Shown here piece after piece: positions 36,196 to 45,696 of a stretch of 62,805 nt of DNA. Position numbers and translations under genes: made by a program. This stretch comes from a virus (lineage: Duplodnaviria > Caudoviricetes): IMG/VR virus record IMGVR_UViG_3300029317_000001, positions 1-62,805 of that record. One strand, given 5' to 3'. The notes below the pieces were generated by a model. That model was not told the DNA's origin. It was given only the letters and a program-made list of their open reading frames with translations, and searched no databases. Positions within the stretch are counted from its first letter, which is position 1, and each line of letters begins with the position of its first letter.

Positions 36196-36483
36196 ATGAA
36201 AGTAGAATTTAACCACGTACAGGCAATGATAGCCTCGCTTACCTTTGAATACGCTAGACTAGGTGACACGACAACAACCGTATGTGAAGCCTATCTTCCC
36301 AATGGGTTCTCAGTAGGCTCAGGTAAATCAGCCTGTGTCGATCCTACTAACTTTGATTTTGAAGTAGGTTGTAGGTTTGCAAAAGAGAATGCGATAACCG
36401 ATGCAACTAATAACATCTGGCAGTTAGAAGGGTATTTATTAATGGTAACAGGAAAGACTTCGGAGGATTTCGAATGGGCCTAG
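36196..36483 (+). CDS. N4 Gp49/Sf6 Gp66-family protein (Acb4-like cyclic-nucleotide sponge candidate)
   Basis: TTTVC...L.NGFSV..G.SACVDP.NFD.EVG...A...A...IWQLEGYLL family signature. Confidence 0.75.
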   Translation: MKVEFNHVQAMIASLTFEYARLGDTTTTVCEAYLPNGFSVGSGKSACVDPTNFDFEVGCRFAKENAITDATNNIWQLEGYLLMVTGKTSEDFEWA

Positions 36484-36860
36484 AATCACAAGTACGACAG
36501 TTCAATACGACCTACGGTAAAGCGATGAGCGATAAGCCTCGGTTGCCTACGGAACCCGAAGCAACCTTAATGAACAATCTAATCATGGAGGAACTTCAGG
36601 AACTGAATGAAGCCATGGACAACAAAGACCTCGTAGAAATCGCTGATGCTATTGGTGATATCCTTTACGTAACAGCACAACAAGCGACAATCTTAGGGTT
36701 ACCTGTGGATGCTTTGCTTCAAGAGATCCAACGTAGCAACCTGAGTAAGCTTGGTGCCGATGGTAAACCAATCTATCGTGAAGATGGCAAGGTTCTTAAA
36801 GGACCGAACTTCAGTGAACCTCAGATAGCTAAAGTATTAATGGGAGAATTATATGTTTGA
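36474..36860 (+). CDS. MazG-like / all-alpha NTP pyrophosphohydrolase
   Basis: EELQEL...EIADAIGDILYV...SNLSKLG.DGKPIYREDGKVLKGPN. Confidence 0.88.
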   Translation: MGLESQVRQFNTTYGKAMSDKPRLPTEPEATLMNNLIMEELQELNEAMDNKDLVEIADAIGDILYVTAQQATILGLPVDALLQEIQRSNLSKLGADGKPIYREDGKVLKGPNFSEPQIAKVLMGELYV

Positions 36861-37050
36861 ACTAATGATCATGGGCGGCCTATATGCCCTAGGTGCCATC
36901 GCGATGGGTCTCCTATGTTACGGTGTAGGTGCTTTATTAACATGGCCTTTACGCTTGAGAAATGAGCTAGCCAACGAGAAACAATGGCATGCGAACACTA
37001 AAGAATACCTTAAGAAAGAACAGGAGAGCCGTGAATGCAAGCCGAACTAA
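36853..37050 (+). CDS. Small membrane protein
   Basis: Hydrophobic N-terminus; coupled ORF. Confidence 0.6.
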   Translation: MFELMIMGGLYALGAIAMGLLCYGVGALLTWPLRLRNELANEKQWHANTKEYLKKEQESRECKPN

Positions 37051-37721
37051 TTGATCACATGGGAAACGATAGTAGCATCGTTAGAGCCGCACGGGTATCC
37101 TTTGCTGCTGATAACAGAGACAAGCTTCGTATGAGTGAGTCCTTGGAACGTGACCAGAGAGACGCTGGGTTGATTCGCTACTTAGCAGAACATAATCACT
37201 GGACTCCCTTTGCTCACACAGCTATAACCGTAAGAGTGAGAGCGCCTGTTCCTATTCGTACTCAATGCTTCAAGCATAAACAGGGGTTCGTGGAGAACGA
37301 GGAGTCACGTAGATACATCTCAAGTAAACCTACTTTCTTCTACCCTACGTTCCGCAAGGCAGTTAAGAATAAGAAGCAAGGTTCTGGTGAAGGCTTTGGA
37401 AGGGCGGAGGAGGGGCATATCGAAGGTATCTATCGTGAAGCTATGGAAGAAGCTGAGCATACATATGAATGCTTACTTCGTCTTGGCGTCTGTGAAGAAC
37501 AGGCTCGCTTCGTACTGCCCCAAGGTACCGAAGTAAACTGGTACTGGACAGGATCACTAGCAGCGTTCGCTAGGTTCTGTAAGCAACGCATGGATTCTCA
37601 TGCTCAAGTAGAGATTCAAGAGTTAGCTCATGAGATCTCAAAGATAATCGAGCCGCTGTTTCCAGTGGCATGGCCCTTGTTAACTTCAGTAACTTCAGTA
37701 ACTTCAGGAGATCAATCATGA
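37035..37721 (+). CDS. thyX: Flavin-dependent thymidylate synthase
   Basis: AARVS, HWTPF.H, NEESRRY, EQARFVLP, R....AQ.EI. Confidence 0.95.
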   Translation: MQAELIDHMGNDSSIVRAARVSFAADNRDKLRMSESLERDQRDAGLIRYLAEHNHWTPFAHTAITVRVRAPVPIRTQCFKHKQGFVENEESRRYISSKPTFFYPTFRKAVKNKKQGSGEGFGRAEEGHIEGIYREAMEEAEHTYECLLRLGVCEEQARFVLPQGTEVNWYWTGSLAAFARFCKQRMDSHAQVEIQELAHEISKIIEPLFPVAWPLLTSVTSVTSGDQS

Positions 37722-37924
37722 AAACATTCGTAACAATCCTTGGTATTATCACAGGTATCCTAATGACCATCTGCTTGTGGGCAATCATCCCCTCCATAGC
37801 TTTCACATTGGCCTCATGGATGTTTGGACTAGGAGCACCTCTATGGACTCCCTTCGCAGTCATAGGAACAGTAGTCGTGTCAGGAGTAACAACAGCACTA
37901 GCAGCAATATACTTAGAGTCTTAA
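37718..37924 (+). CDS. Membrane protein
   Basis: Almost entirely hydrophobic 68-aa ORF; AGGAG RBS. Confidence 0.6.
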   Translation: MKTFVTILGIITGILMTICLWAIIPSIAFTLASWMFGLGAPLWTPFAVIGTVVVSGVTTALAAIYLES

Positions 37925-37958
37925 CAAGCGGGACTCCGGTCCCTTTAAGGAGAAACAT

Positions 37959-38684
37959 ATGAAAAAGGCTAATCGTAGAGAGAAACGTGCAGAGAAGTTT
38001 GGTGCTAAAACTGGTGCAGCTATGGTCGCGCAGGCTAAAGAGATGAAACGTCCTGAGGTACGCATTGAACCCTTGAATGAAAAGCAACGTGATTACTTCA
38101 TGAGTTTACTAGTAGATCCCTGTGTTGTCTGTACTGGACCAGCAGGTACTGGTAAGACATACCTAGCAGCCTCTGTGGCAGCCAAGGACCTCGCGGAGAA
38201 GCGTGTTAAGCGCATAGTACTATCGAGAGCTAATGTAGGCACAGGGAAGTCCCTAGGTGCGTTCCCCGGGACCGTGGAGGAGAAGATGGCTCCTTGGTTA
38301 ATGCCTCTTACTGATGTACTTCGGGATCAACTAGGTGTAGGTTTCTATGAGCATGCAATGAAGACTGGTGCTATATCAATACAGCCTATTGAAACCATAC
38401 GAGGCCGTAGCTTTGATGATGCAGTAGTGCTTATGGATGAGAGCCAACAGTTAACCGTGGAGGAACTCAAGGCCATCTGCACGAGAATCGGTGAGAACGC
38501 TAAGTTGTTTCTCATGGGAGACAGAGCTCAGCGGGATGTTACTAGCGATGGTCTAGCGTGGCTTACGGGTCTCGTGGAACGGAATGAATTACCTGTTGCA
38601 GTACATTCATTCGATAGTGATGACATAGTACGATCAGGCTTATGTCAGCAGTTTGTTAAAGCTTTTGAAAAGGAGGGTGTGTAA
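37959..38684 (+). CDS. phoH: PhoH-family ATPase
   Basis: GPAGTGKTYLA, LG..PG..EEKM.PW, RGRSF, DESQ, TRIGE, DIVRS. Confidence 0.95.
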   Translation: MKKANRREKRAEKFGAKTGAAMVAQAKEMKRPEVRIEPLNEKQRDYFMSLLVDPCVVCTGPAGTGKTYLAASVAAKDLAEKRVKRIVLSRANVGTGKSLGAFPGTVEEKMAPWLMPLTDVLRDQLGVGFYEHAMKTGAISIQPIETIRGRSFDDAVVLMDESQQLTVEELKAICTRIGENAKLFLMGDRAQRDVTSDGLAWLTGLVERNELPVAVHSFDSDDIVRSGLCQQFVKAFEKEGV

Positions 38685-39166
38685 TGACTACAATCGCTTA
38701 TGATGGGAAGTCTCTGGTATCCGATAGCCGTTCATGTATTGGTGATATGATCTACGAGGAAGACGCACAGAAGATCTTCCCTGATGTAGGTCCCTTTGTT
38801 GCCTTAGGTATCGCAGGTGATTACCAAGCAGCCATGGATACTATTGAAATGATTAGCCCGTTTACTACCATGGATCACATACGCTCCATCCCTTCTAAAG
38901 ATATCGGGAACGTAAGTCTCTTAGGTGTTACGCTGGACGGAAGACTCTGGAGTTACGCAGGTGACAAGAGTTGTGAGTTACGTTCTGATAAACCCTTTGC
39001 TGTAGGCTCAGGGAGCATCTGGGCAATGGCCGCTATGGACTTCGGTGAGAGTGCTGAAGATGCCGTAGTGTTCGCTGCTACTAAAGATCCTTACACTAAT
39101 GATATAGTACAGGTGGCTACGTTCGTGTCCCCTGAAGAAGTAACTGAAGAAGTAACTCAACACTAA
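38684..39166 (+). CDS. Ntn-hydrolase / HslV-like peptidase
   Basis: N-terminal MTTIAY...DS, AVGSG...AMAAM..G..AE.AV..A...D..T. Confidence 0.75.
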   Translation: MTTIAYDGKSLVSDSRSCIGDMIYEEDAQKIFPDVGPFVALGIAGDYQAAMDTIEMISPFTTMDHIRSIPSKDIGNVSLLGVTLDGRLWSYAGDKSCELRSDKPFAVGSGSIWAMAAMDFGESAEDAVVFAATKDPYTNDIVQVATFVSPEEVTEEVTQH

Positions 39167-39204
39167 TTAACAACGGGAACCTTCGGGTTCCCAAGGAGAA
39201 ACCA

Positions 39205-39441
39205 ATGGAAGAATATACTGAAGAAGAATACGTAATATACAGTAGCCCTAATTGCAATTACTGTGTACAAGCTAAGAAACTACTAGACATGAAAGAGTTA
39301 CCGTATACTGTCATGGACGCCAAGAGTTCCATGTATTTCCAGAAAGAGTTCGTGGAGAAAGGTATACGCAAGGTACCTCAGATATTCCTAGGCGATCGTC
39401 ACATCGGTGGCTTCGAACAGTTAATGGGAGAGTTAATGTGA
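39205..39441 (+). CDS. Glutaredoxin
   Basis: CNYC, VPQIF, IGGF. Confidence 0.93.
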   Translation: MEEYTEEEYVIYSSPNCNYCVQAKKLLDMKELPYTVMDAKSSMYFQKEFVEKGIRKVPQIFLGDRHIGGFEQLMGELM

Positions 39442-40403
39442 TAACCAATGACTTACCAATGTGTACACCTCAAGAAGCTTATGTAGTTGAGTATCCTTGG
39501 GCTTTAGAAGCAGCCGTGGCTCAACAGAATATCTCTTGGACTCCCGATGAAATCGATGTAAGCAAGGACATCCAAGACATTCTAGTTAACATGACCGAGG
39601 CGGAGTCCTATGGTGTTAAGTATCAGCTTAAGTTGTTCACGTTGTATGAACGTATGGCTGGCACTAGTTACTGGGGTGATCGCTTCATGAAGATGTTCCC
39701 TAAGCCAGCTTGCTTGGAACGCATGGCTACTCAATTTGCTCAGACCGAGAACTGTGTGCATGCTCCTTTCTACAATAATCTGAATGCCGCGTTGAACTTA
39801 GATACCGAAGAGTTCTACCTGAGTTACAAGGAAGACCCTGTCCTGAGCAGCCGTATGGAGTTCATAGGCAAGGCAATATCCAACAGTGACCCATTGGTTA
39901 GCATGGGAGCTTTCAGCATGGTAGAGGGTACAATCCTTTACACTACGTTCGCTTACCTATTGCACTTCCAGTCCGCTGGTAAGAACAAGTTAAAGAATGT
40001 TTGCTCAGGTGTTAAGTTCTCCGTGAGAGATGAGAACCTCCACAGCGAAGCAGGCGCCCGTGCTTACAAGACTTACTTACATGAGTCCAATCGTAAAGCA
40101 CCGACACTAGAACTGATACAAGTAGCACGTACGATCATTGAGCATGAAGATGCAATCATTGATCATGTGTTTGAGATGGGTGAGATCGAAGGCATCACTA
40201 GTCGCCAACTTAAAGTGTTCGCACGTCACCGTGTTAACTTATGCTTGAATCAACTTGGTATTAACTCTGAGTTCGATGAATCAAACAACGTAATCAAAGA
40301 ATGGTTCTATGACGGGATCAACGCGGTACAATTACATGACTTCTTTGTGGGCGTTGGGAACGAATACAACAGAGACTGGGCGGAGAAGAAATTCACATGG
40401 TAG
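39438..40403 (+). CDS. nrdB: Class I ribonucleotide reductase beta subunit
   Basis: W.P.E, ENCVH..FY, VEG..L...F, RDENLH di-metal ligands. Confidence 0.92.
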   Translation: MITNDLPMCTPQEAYVVEYPWALEAAVAQQNISWTPDEIDVSKDIQDILVNMTEAESYGVKYQLKLFTLYERMAGTSYWGDRFMKMFPKPACLERMATQFAQTENCVHAPFYNNLNAALNLDTEEFYLSYKEDPVLSSRMEFIGKAISNSDPLVSMGAFSMVEGTILYTTFAYLLHFQSAGKNKLKNVCSGVKFSVRDENLHSEAGARAYKTYLHESNRKAPTLELIQVARTIIEHEDAIIDHVFEMGEIEGITSRQLKVFARHRVNLCLNQLGINSEFDESNNVIKEWFYDGINAVQLHDFFVGVGNEYNRDWAEKKFTW

Positions 40404-42112
40404 GAGCTAATATGCAAAACGAGAAGACTATATACCAGAAGCTTAGCGATGAACGCAAGCATTTACAAAGCATCAACATGGTTCCTGATTGGTTCACAAC
40501 ACCATCGTTCCAGTTGTTCAAGGCGAAGTACTTACATGACGCAGTAGGTATCCGAGACACCTTCCAGCGTATCTCTAGTACACTTTCACGTCATATGCCC
40601 AACAGTGACCAATGGGAAACGAAGTTCTTCAACCTACTATGGCAAGGACACTTAGCTGCATCTAGTCCAGTAGCGTCGAACACAGGTACCAACAAAGGGT
40701 TACCAGTGTCATGCTCAGGTCAATACATAGGAGATTCCATTGAATCCTTTTACGAAAACAGAAAACAAACTGCTATACTTACAAAGAACGGTTTCGGAAC
40801 TTCGGCTTACTTGGGCGACATACGCCATCGCGGAGAGTCAATCTCTAGAGGTGGAACTGCGAGCGGGGTTCTACCAGTGTTCAATGGATTTGTCCAAGAT
40901 ATGCGGGACGTTGCTCAAGGTACTTCACGACGCGGAGCTTGGGCAGGATATATCGAGATTACTCATGGAGACTTCTTCGAGCTTGCAGACAAGTTATTAC
41001 ATGAAGGCGACGATCTCAACGTTGGCTGGATTATTACAGATGAATTTATTGAAAGACTGGATCGAGGCGACCTTGATGCTATTGAGAGATACCAGCGAGT
41101 ACGTAAAGTCAAAGCCATCACAGGTAAAGGTTATGAATACTTCGTTGACAAAATCAATCGCGCGAACCCACAGAGCTATAAGATACATGGTCTAACCTGC
41201 AAGGCTAGTAACCTGTGTACTGAGATCATGCTTCACAGTGATGAGGACGAGACGTATACTTGCGTGTTATCTTCGATGAACCTTACCAAGTGGGACGAAT
41301 GGAAAGACACTGATGCTGTGTTCAATAGTATTGTGTTTCTAGATTGTGTTGCTAGTGAGTTCATTGAATTGGCTAAGGAGATCCCGGGTTTGGAACGAGC
41401 GATTCGTGGGACTGAACGTGGTCGTCCACTAGGCTTAGGTGCTTTAGGGTTCCATACGTTACTACAGACCAAGAGTTTACCCCTTGATTCCCTTGGAGCA
41501 GCTATGCTTAACGAGGAGATCTTCTCATACTTAAAGAAGGAGGCCGAACGTGCAACAAAGTATCTCGCAGAAACACTTGGGGAACCGAAGTACTGCCGTG
41601 GGTTGGGAAGAAGAAACACACATCTACTTGCAGTCGCTCCCAATACATCATCTGCACTCTTATGTGGAGGAGTATCTCAAGGCATCGAACCCATCGTGGC
41701 TAACGTTTACAACCAGCCTAGCGCAGCAGGGGAGATCTACCGAGTTAATCCAGTGTTTCTTGACCTTGCGAAAGGCAGAGTTGGATGGTCTGATGACCTC
41801 GTCAAATCCATCATTGATAACAATGGATCAGTACAACACTTGGATTGGCTCACGGACCACGAGAAACAAGTCTTCCTCACTGCTTACGAGGTTGATCAAC
41901 GCGTTCTCCTTAGACTAGCAGGACAACGATCACCTCACATTGACCAATGGCAATCACTTAACTTATTCTTCGATGCAGATGAAAGCGAGGAGGAGATCTC
42001 AGCGGTTCATAAGATAGCCTATAAGGATGAACGCATTAAGGCCTTGTACTACATGAGATCTAAAGCAGGTGTCATGGCGAGCAAAGGTGAATGTACAGCT
42101 TGTGAAGGTTAA
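40397..42112 (+). CDS. nrdA: Class I ribonucleotide reductase alpha subunit
   Basis: PVSC, SNLCTEI, TCVLSS, APNTSS, LYYMRS, C-terminal CTACEG. Confidence 0.95.
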   Translation: MVGANMQNEKTIYQKLSDERKHLQSINMVPDWFTTPSFQLFKAKYLHDAVGIRDTFQRISSTLSRHMPNSDQWETKFFNLLWQGHLAASSPVASNTGTNKGLPVSCSGQYIGDSIESFYENRKQTAILTKNGFGTSAYLGDIRHRGESISRGGTASGVLPVFNGFVQDMRDVAQGTSRRGAWAGYIEITHGDFFELADKLLHEGDDLNVGWIITDEFIERLDRGDLDAIERYQRVRKVKAITGKGYEYFVDKINRANPQSYKIHGLTCKASNLCTEIMLHSDEDETYTCVLSSMNLTKWDEWKDTDAVFNSIVFLDCVASEFIELAKEIPGLERAIRGTERGRPLGLGALGFHTLLQTKSLPLDSLGAAMLNEEIFSYLKKEAERATKYLAETLGEPKYCRGLGRRNTHLLAVAPNTSSALLCGGVSQGIEPIVANVYNQPSAAGEIYRVNPVFLDLAKGRVGWSDDLVKSIIDNNGSVQHLDWLTDHEKQVFLTAYEVDQRVLLRLAGQRSPHIDQWQSLNLFFDADESEEEISAVHKIAYKDERIKALYYMRSKAGVMASKGECTACEG

Positions 42113-42146
42113 CAACGGGACCTTAGGGTCCCTAAAGGAGAAACAC

Positions 42147-42536
42147 ATGTTCAAACTAAGTAAGAGATCAACTAAGAGACTCCAAGGGACAGACCCTAGG
42201 ATCTCCGAGATAGTACAACTAGCCCTAACCATAACCCGCGTAGACTTCGGTATCCCTGAGTATGGTGGTATGCGTTCAATGACCGCTCAGAATCTTATGT
42301 TTACTAAGGGTCTATCTAAGTGTGATGGAGTAGAGCTCCTTAGTAAGCACCAATCAGGTACAGCTTTTGATGTCTTTGCTTACGTGGATGGTAAGGCGTC
42401 TTGGGATTCCAATGACATGACTCGAGTAGCAGCAGCAATACTACAGGCCGCTAGTATACTTAGGTATCCTTTGGAATGGGGAGGTCACTGGAAACTATGG
42501 CAAGATATGCCTCACTTCCAACTTAAGTTAACTTAA
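42147..42536 (+). CDS. Endolysin, M15-family L-alanyl-D-glutamate peptidase
   Basis: LS.RS...L.G.DP, G.R....Q, SKH..G.A.D, WGG.W....D.PHFQL. Confidence 0.9.
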   Translation: MFKLSKRSTKRLQGTDPRISEIVQLALTITRVDFGIPEYGGMRSMTAQNLMFTKGLSKCDGVELLSKHQSGTAFDVFAYVDGKASWDSNDMTRVAAAILQAASILRYPLEWGGHWKLWQDMPHFQLKLT

Positions 42537-42539
42537 AGG

Positions 42540-42569
42540 TTGACATTGAAACACAAAGTGTGATACCCT
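42540..42569 (+). promoter_or_regulatory. sigma70-like promoter
   Basis: TTGACA-N18 (with TG)-TACCCT; duplicated in inverted orientation at 8762-8791. Confidence 0.55.
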
Positions 42570-42610
42570 ATAAACATCAGTTAAACCAAAGACAAGAAGG
42601 AAACTACTAC

Positions 42611-42910
42611 ATGAAGTATATAATCATAAGCACCAAGACACCTAAGGAAATGGAGGATCTACTTAATAGTAAATACCAGATAGAGTCTCTAGGTAATACT
42701 TGGGTAACCAATGGTAATATCTACCAGAGTTTCTTAGGTGCTACTAAGGTTACCAAGGAGTTATATTCTGCTAAGCAATCTGTTAAGCAAGTAGAGGTTC
42801 CTAAGGTAACTAAAGATACACCTGTTACCAAGAAAGATAGACCAGTAGAGACTAAGGCTCCTAAGAAGAAACGTAAGGGGAAAGCAAATGTTCCAGACGT
42901 ATCAAAGTAA
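42611..42910 (+). CDS. Hypothetical protein with Lys-rich tail
   Basis: AAGGA RBS. Confidence 0.6.
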   Translation: MKYIIISTKTPKEMEDLLNSKYQIESLGNTWVTNGNIYQSFLGATKVTKELYSAKQSVKQVEVPKVTKDTPVTKKDRPVETKAPKKKRKGKANVPDVSK

Positions 42911-43130
42911 ACCAATCGAACGCCTAGCCCATGAGATTACGGTAGAGGATAGACTAGAGCAGCAAGGCTTCAGTACCATCTGGAGGCTGACGAATCCCGA
43001 GGGTAAACATATCTTATTCGATGTCCCTAGTGGTAAGAAACCTGAGTATGGTGATTACGTAGTGTTTATTGACGAGCGGGATGTTTACCATTGTTCCGAG
43101 GCAGTATTTAAGGAACGTAACGTAGTTTAG
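42888..43130 (+). CDS. Conserved phage hypothetical protein
   Basis: YQSKP...P.YGDYVV...VYHC...VF.ERN. Confidence 0.65.
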   Translation: MFQTYQSKPIERLAHEITVEDRLEQQGFSTIWRLTNPEGKHILFDVPSGKKPEYGDYVVFIDERDVYHCSEAVFKERNVV

Positions 43131-43136
43131 AAACAC

Positions 43137-43177
43137 AAAAGCCCCGAGAGTCCTAATTGGATTCTCGGGGCTTTTTT
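43137..43177. terminator. Bidirectional intrinsic terminator where the two genome arms converge
   Basis: AAAAGCCCCGAGAGTCC-TAATT-GGATTCTCGGGGCTTTTTT. Confidence 0.88.
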
Positions 43178-43292
43178 CATTCTATAAGATCTACGGCTAT
43201 CTCAATACTAGCACTAGGTGAATCATTCAGATTTAATAAGGTTTCCCTATAAAGAACCAAACGACTCACCAAAGCCCTCCGCGGGATATACT

Positions 43293-43727
43293 TTAATCTT
43301 TGCCATTCTTACCTCCTTTAAACGGTGACCACGCCCTGAATAAACGCATGAGTCCAAAGACACTTATGTAAATACCAACCACCATAAACTCTACCCACCA
43401 AGGTGCCGCTTGTAACGCAGCGTACCCTAGTGCCATCTGAGCAGGGAAGATGAAAGTACATACCACCATAACAATAGTACATAACATGAGTATCTCATCA
43501 GCAATGGTATACCTCTTTTCCCGTTGAGCCGCTAGATCATAATCGGAATCCGCGGTATCACTTCGGGTTAGCCTCTCGGTCTTAGAAGTAAACTCAGCAA
43601 CCTTAAAGGCTACCTCAGCTTTCTTCAGGTCCAAGCGACCTTCTTCCTTCATAAACTTTCTTGCTTGATGCCCCTCTACCCAACCAGTAAAAGGACCACC
43701 TAAGAAATTCATTACGGCAGTCCACAT
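43293..43727 (-). CDS. Putative holin-like membrane protein
   Basis: DE..ML...two C-terminal TM helices, L...P.W...SVFG pattern; last gene of the late arm. Confidence 0.55.
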   Translation of the reverse strand: MWTAVMNFLGGPFTGWVEGHQARKFMKEEGRLDLKKAEVAFKVAEFTSKTERLTRSDTADSDYDLAAQREKRYTIADEILMLCTIVMVVCTFIFPAQMALGYAALQAAPWWVEFMVVGIYISVFGLMRLFRAWSPFKGGKNGKD

Positions 43728-43728
43728 A

Positions 43729-44052
43729 TTAGTTCTCCTCGGTTACCTTGGGTTTAAATAAAGGATGGCTCACGTGTAACCACCTGCCCTGTGCTTGGGA
43801 TAGTATCAACATTTTAAGGTTAGGGTCTTGGGCGACTAGGGTATCGATTGTAGCGCTTAGCTCAGCAGTTGATAGCCCGCCTTGCTCAGGGTCATTAGTG
43901 GGATTGAAGCCTAACTTATCAACCCTATTCTTCTCTCTGGTTGATACTGCTATCTGTGCTTCAGTTAATCCGACAAGTGTTACCTTGCCGTCAGCATAAA
44001 GAGCACCTGTCCAATCTGCGTTTACTGTATACATTACTGCGTATAAAATCAT
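43729..44052 (-). CDS. Hypothetical (tail-associated) protein
   Basis: AAGGAG RBS; follows the tail spike-like gene. Confidence 0.6.
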   Translation of the reverse strand: MILYAVMYTVNADWTGALYADGKVTLVGLTEAQIAVSTREKNRVDKLGFNPTNDPEQGGLSTAELSATIDTLVAQDPNLKMLILSQAQGRWLHVSHPLFKPKVTEEN

Positions 44053-44062
44053 GGTACTCTCC

Positions 44063-45430
44063 TTATGCTATTTCTATTTTACGCTTGATGCTTGGCTTGT
44101 CTAGTGTTGCATTTACTACACCACCACCACGTTTAAATACCTGAGTGTTATCTGTTGCATTGTTTACATCTCTTAGGTATGAACCATTGGATGTTAAATC
44201 TAAAGCAGGATTAGATCCAGCGACAGCAAGATTACCTAACAAGTTAGTTACCACCCCCTCTAACCTCATAATATCTGGTTGTTCAGCGGTACTGAGTAAC
44301 TTTAACTCACTATATGCACCTGTCCCAGTTAGTGTCCATTGGTTAGTAGCAAAAGCCCATTCAGTACCGGTGATGTTCGGACTCTCCCATACAGCCTGAG
44401 TGATCAACTCCTGACCAAGCCAGCTACCATCTATTAACGTGTATTGCTCTCTCTGTGCGTCAGGTATGTTAACGTATGTTATAGCGTTAGTTATTGAACG
44501 TACTGAGACGTTATCAATCGCGCCTACAAATGATCCTCCCCCTATTCTCAAGCCATGACTTGTACTAGCTCCTGCTTCAACCACCGCAGAATACATACCA
44601 TTACCCGTTATACTAGGTGCCGAAGCACCCCTAAGAAATACTACTGCGGTAGAACCCGAATAATCAGTAACATCAAACTCAATCACGTAACTTGTTCCTG
44701 TAGTTACATCTTGATATGGCACCGTGTTTGCATTTGCGCTTCCTGTGCTTGGCTTCACGAGCTTTTCGCCCGTCACAGTCCATGGCGCTTCCAGTGACCA
44801 TCCTAAGCTGGAGTCACCAATAAAGCCACCATTAGTAACGACATTGCCGCCAAACACATTCTCAGCAGGATATTCAACATTACCCGTAGCTAGCCCTAGT
44901 GTGTTAGATGTAGATATCCAGTTATCGGGGTTAGGGTCTGATTTATCTGTAAATGCCACATTGGCCAATATTCCGTTAGAGAATGAGGTTCCACTCTCCA
45001 TCCCTAACGAGTCTATAGTAAGCGTGCCGCTATTTGTTGTAGCAGCATCCTCTGGGATAGAAATCCCGTCAGCTATTAAGGTTGTTACGCCTCCTAGCCT
45101 ATGCACTGAACAAGAATGCAGTAAACCATCTTGCATAGAAACAGTAAATTTAAGTCTGGTTCCGTCAACCCTAACCTCAACAGAATTAGGCTGTACTATA
45201 ATATGATTTGAAAACGACAATGAATAACCCGCTACTATAAAGTTAGGCTGAACGACACATGAAAACTCAAAATTTATCGTGAAATCACCAGAAAATACTA
45301 ATGTATTAGCGTAAACATAATGTGATTGCTGAACAGCGTCTAACTGTGCAAAGTATCGGGATGTTCTCCCTAGGCCTCCTGCGACAGCATTAGCTACCGC
45401 AGAAACCATATTAAAACCTAAACTAAACAT
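44063..45430 (-). CDS. Putative receptor-binding/tail protein with LamG- and CBM-like beta-sandwich domains
   Basis: DG..H...V.R.G....L..DG LamG-like segment; NVVTNG.F...W...Y.I.F.V...IDNVSVR CBM-like segment. Confidence 0.55.
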   Translation of the reverse strand: MFSLGFNMVSAVANAVAGGLGRTSRYFAQLDAVQQSHYVYANTLVFSGDFTINFEFSCVVQPNFIVAGYSLSFSNHIIVQPNSVEVRVDGTRLKFTVSMQDGLLHSCSVHRLGGVTTLIADGISIPEDAATTNSGTLTIDSLGMESGTSFSNGILANVAFTDKSDPNPDNWISTSNTLGLATGNVEYPAENVFGGNVVTNGGFIGDSSLGWSLEAPWTVTGEKLVKPSTGSANANTVPYQDVTTGTSYVIEFDVTDYSGSTAVVFLRGASAPSITGNGMYSAVVEAGASTSHGLRIGGGSFVGAIDNVSVRSITNAITYVNIPDAQREQYTLIDGSWLGQELITQAVWESPNITGTEWAFATNQWTLTGTGAYSELKLLSTAEQPDIMRLEGVVTNLLGNLAVAGSNPALDLTSNGSYLRDVNNATDNTQVFKRGGGVVNATLDKPSIKRKIEIA

Positions 45431-45441
45431 AAGTCTCCTCC

Positions 45442-45696
45442 TTACATTACTTCCAGAGTAACTGGGGAACTAAAGTCCAGACTAGTGATACTCGGAGACA
45501 CTCCAAGAATACTACCAGCAGGATTAACTACTGAAGCCCCTGTAGCATTGATTTGGTACGTGAAGTCCACAACACACCGTATGGCTACTACGGTACCATC
45601 AGACAGTACTTGTGATACAGCTGCACGTATTTCGTAGGGTGCGAAGGTTGGAAGCACCTGTTCTTGGGTTGCTATTGATACTGGTCTACTTTTCAT
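45442..45696 (-). CDS. Small structural/hypothetical protein
   Basis: Beta-rich ORF in the late operon. Confidence 0.6.
   Translation of the reverse strand: MKSRPVSIATQEQVLPTFAPYEIRAAVSQVLSDGTVVAIRCVVDFTYQINATGASVVNPAGSILGVSPSITSLDFSSPVTLEVM

Noticed and set aside
35835-36860. 2-aminoadenine (Z) or 7-deazaguanine genome-modification pathway
   Set aside because: dNTP pyrophosphohydrolases are present, but no PurZ, DatZ, DpdA, FolE or QueC/D/E homolog was recognised
30246-42112. Introns or inteins in polA, nrdA, nrdB or thyX
   Set aside because: The ORFs are continuous and of normal length with motifs at normal spacing; the two HNH genes are free-standing
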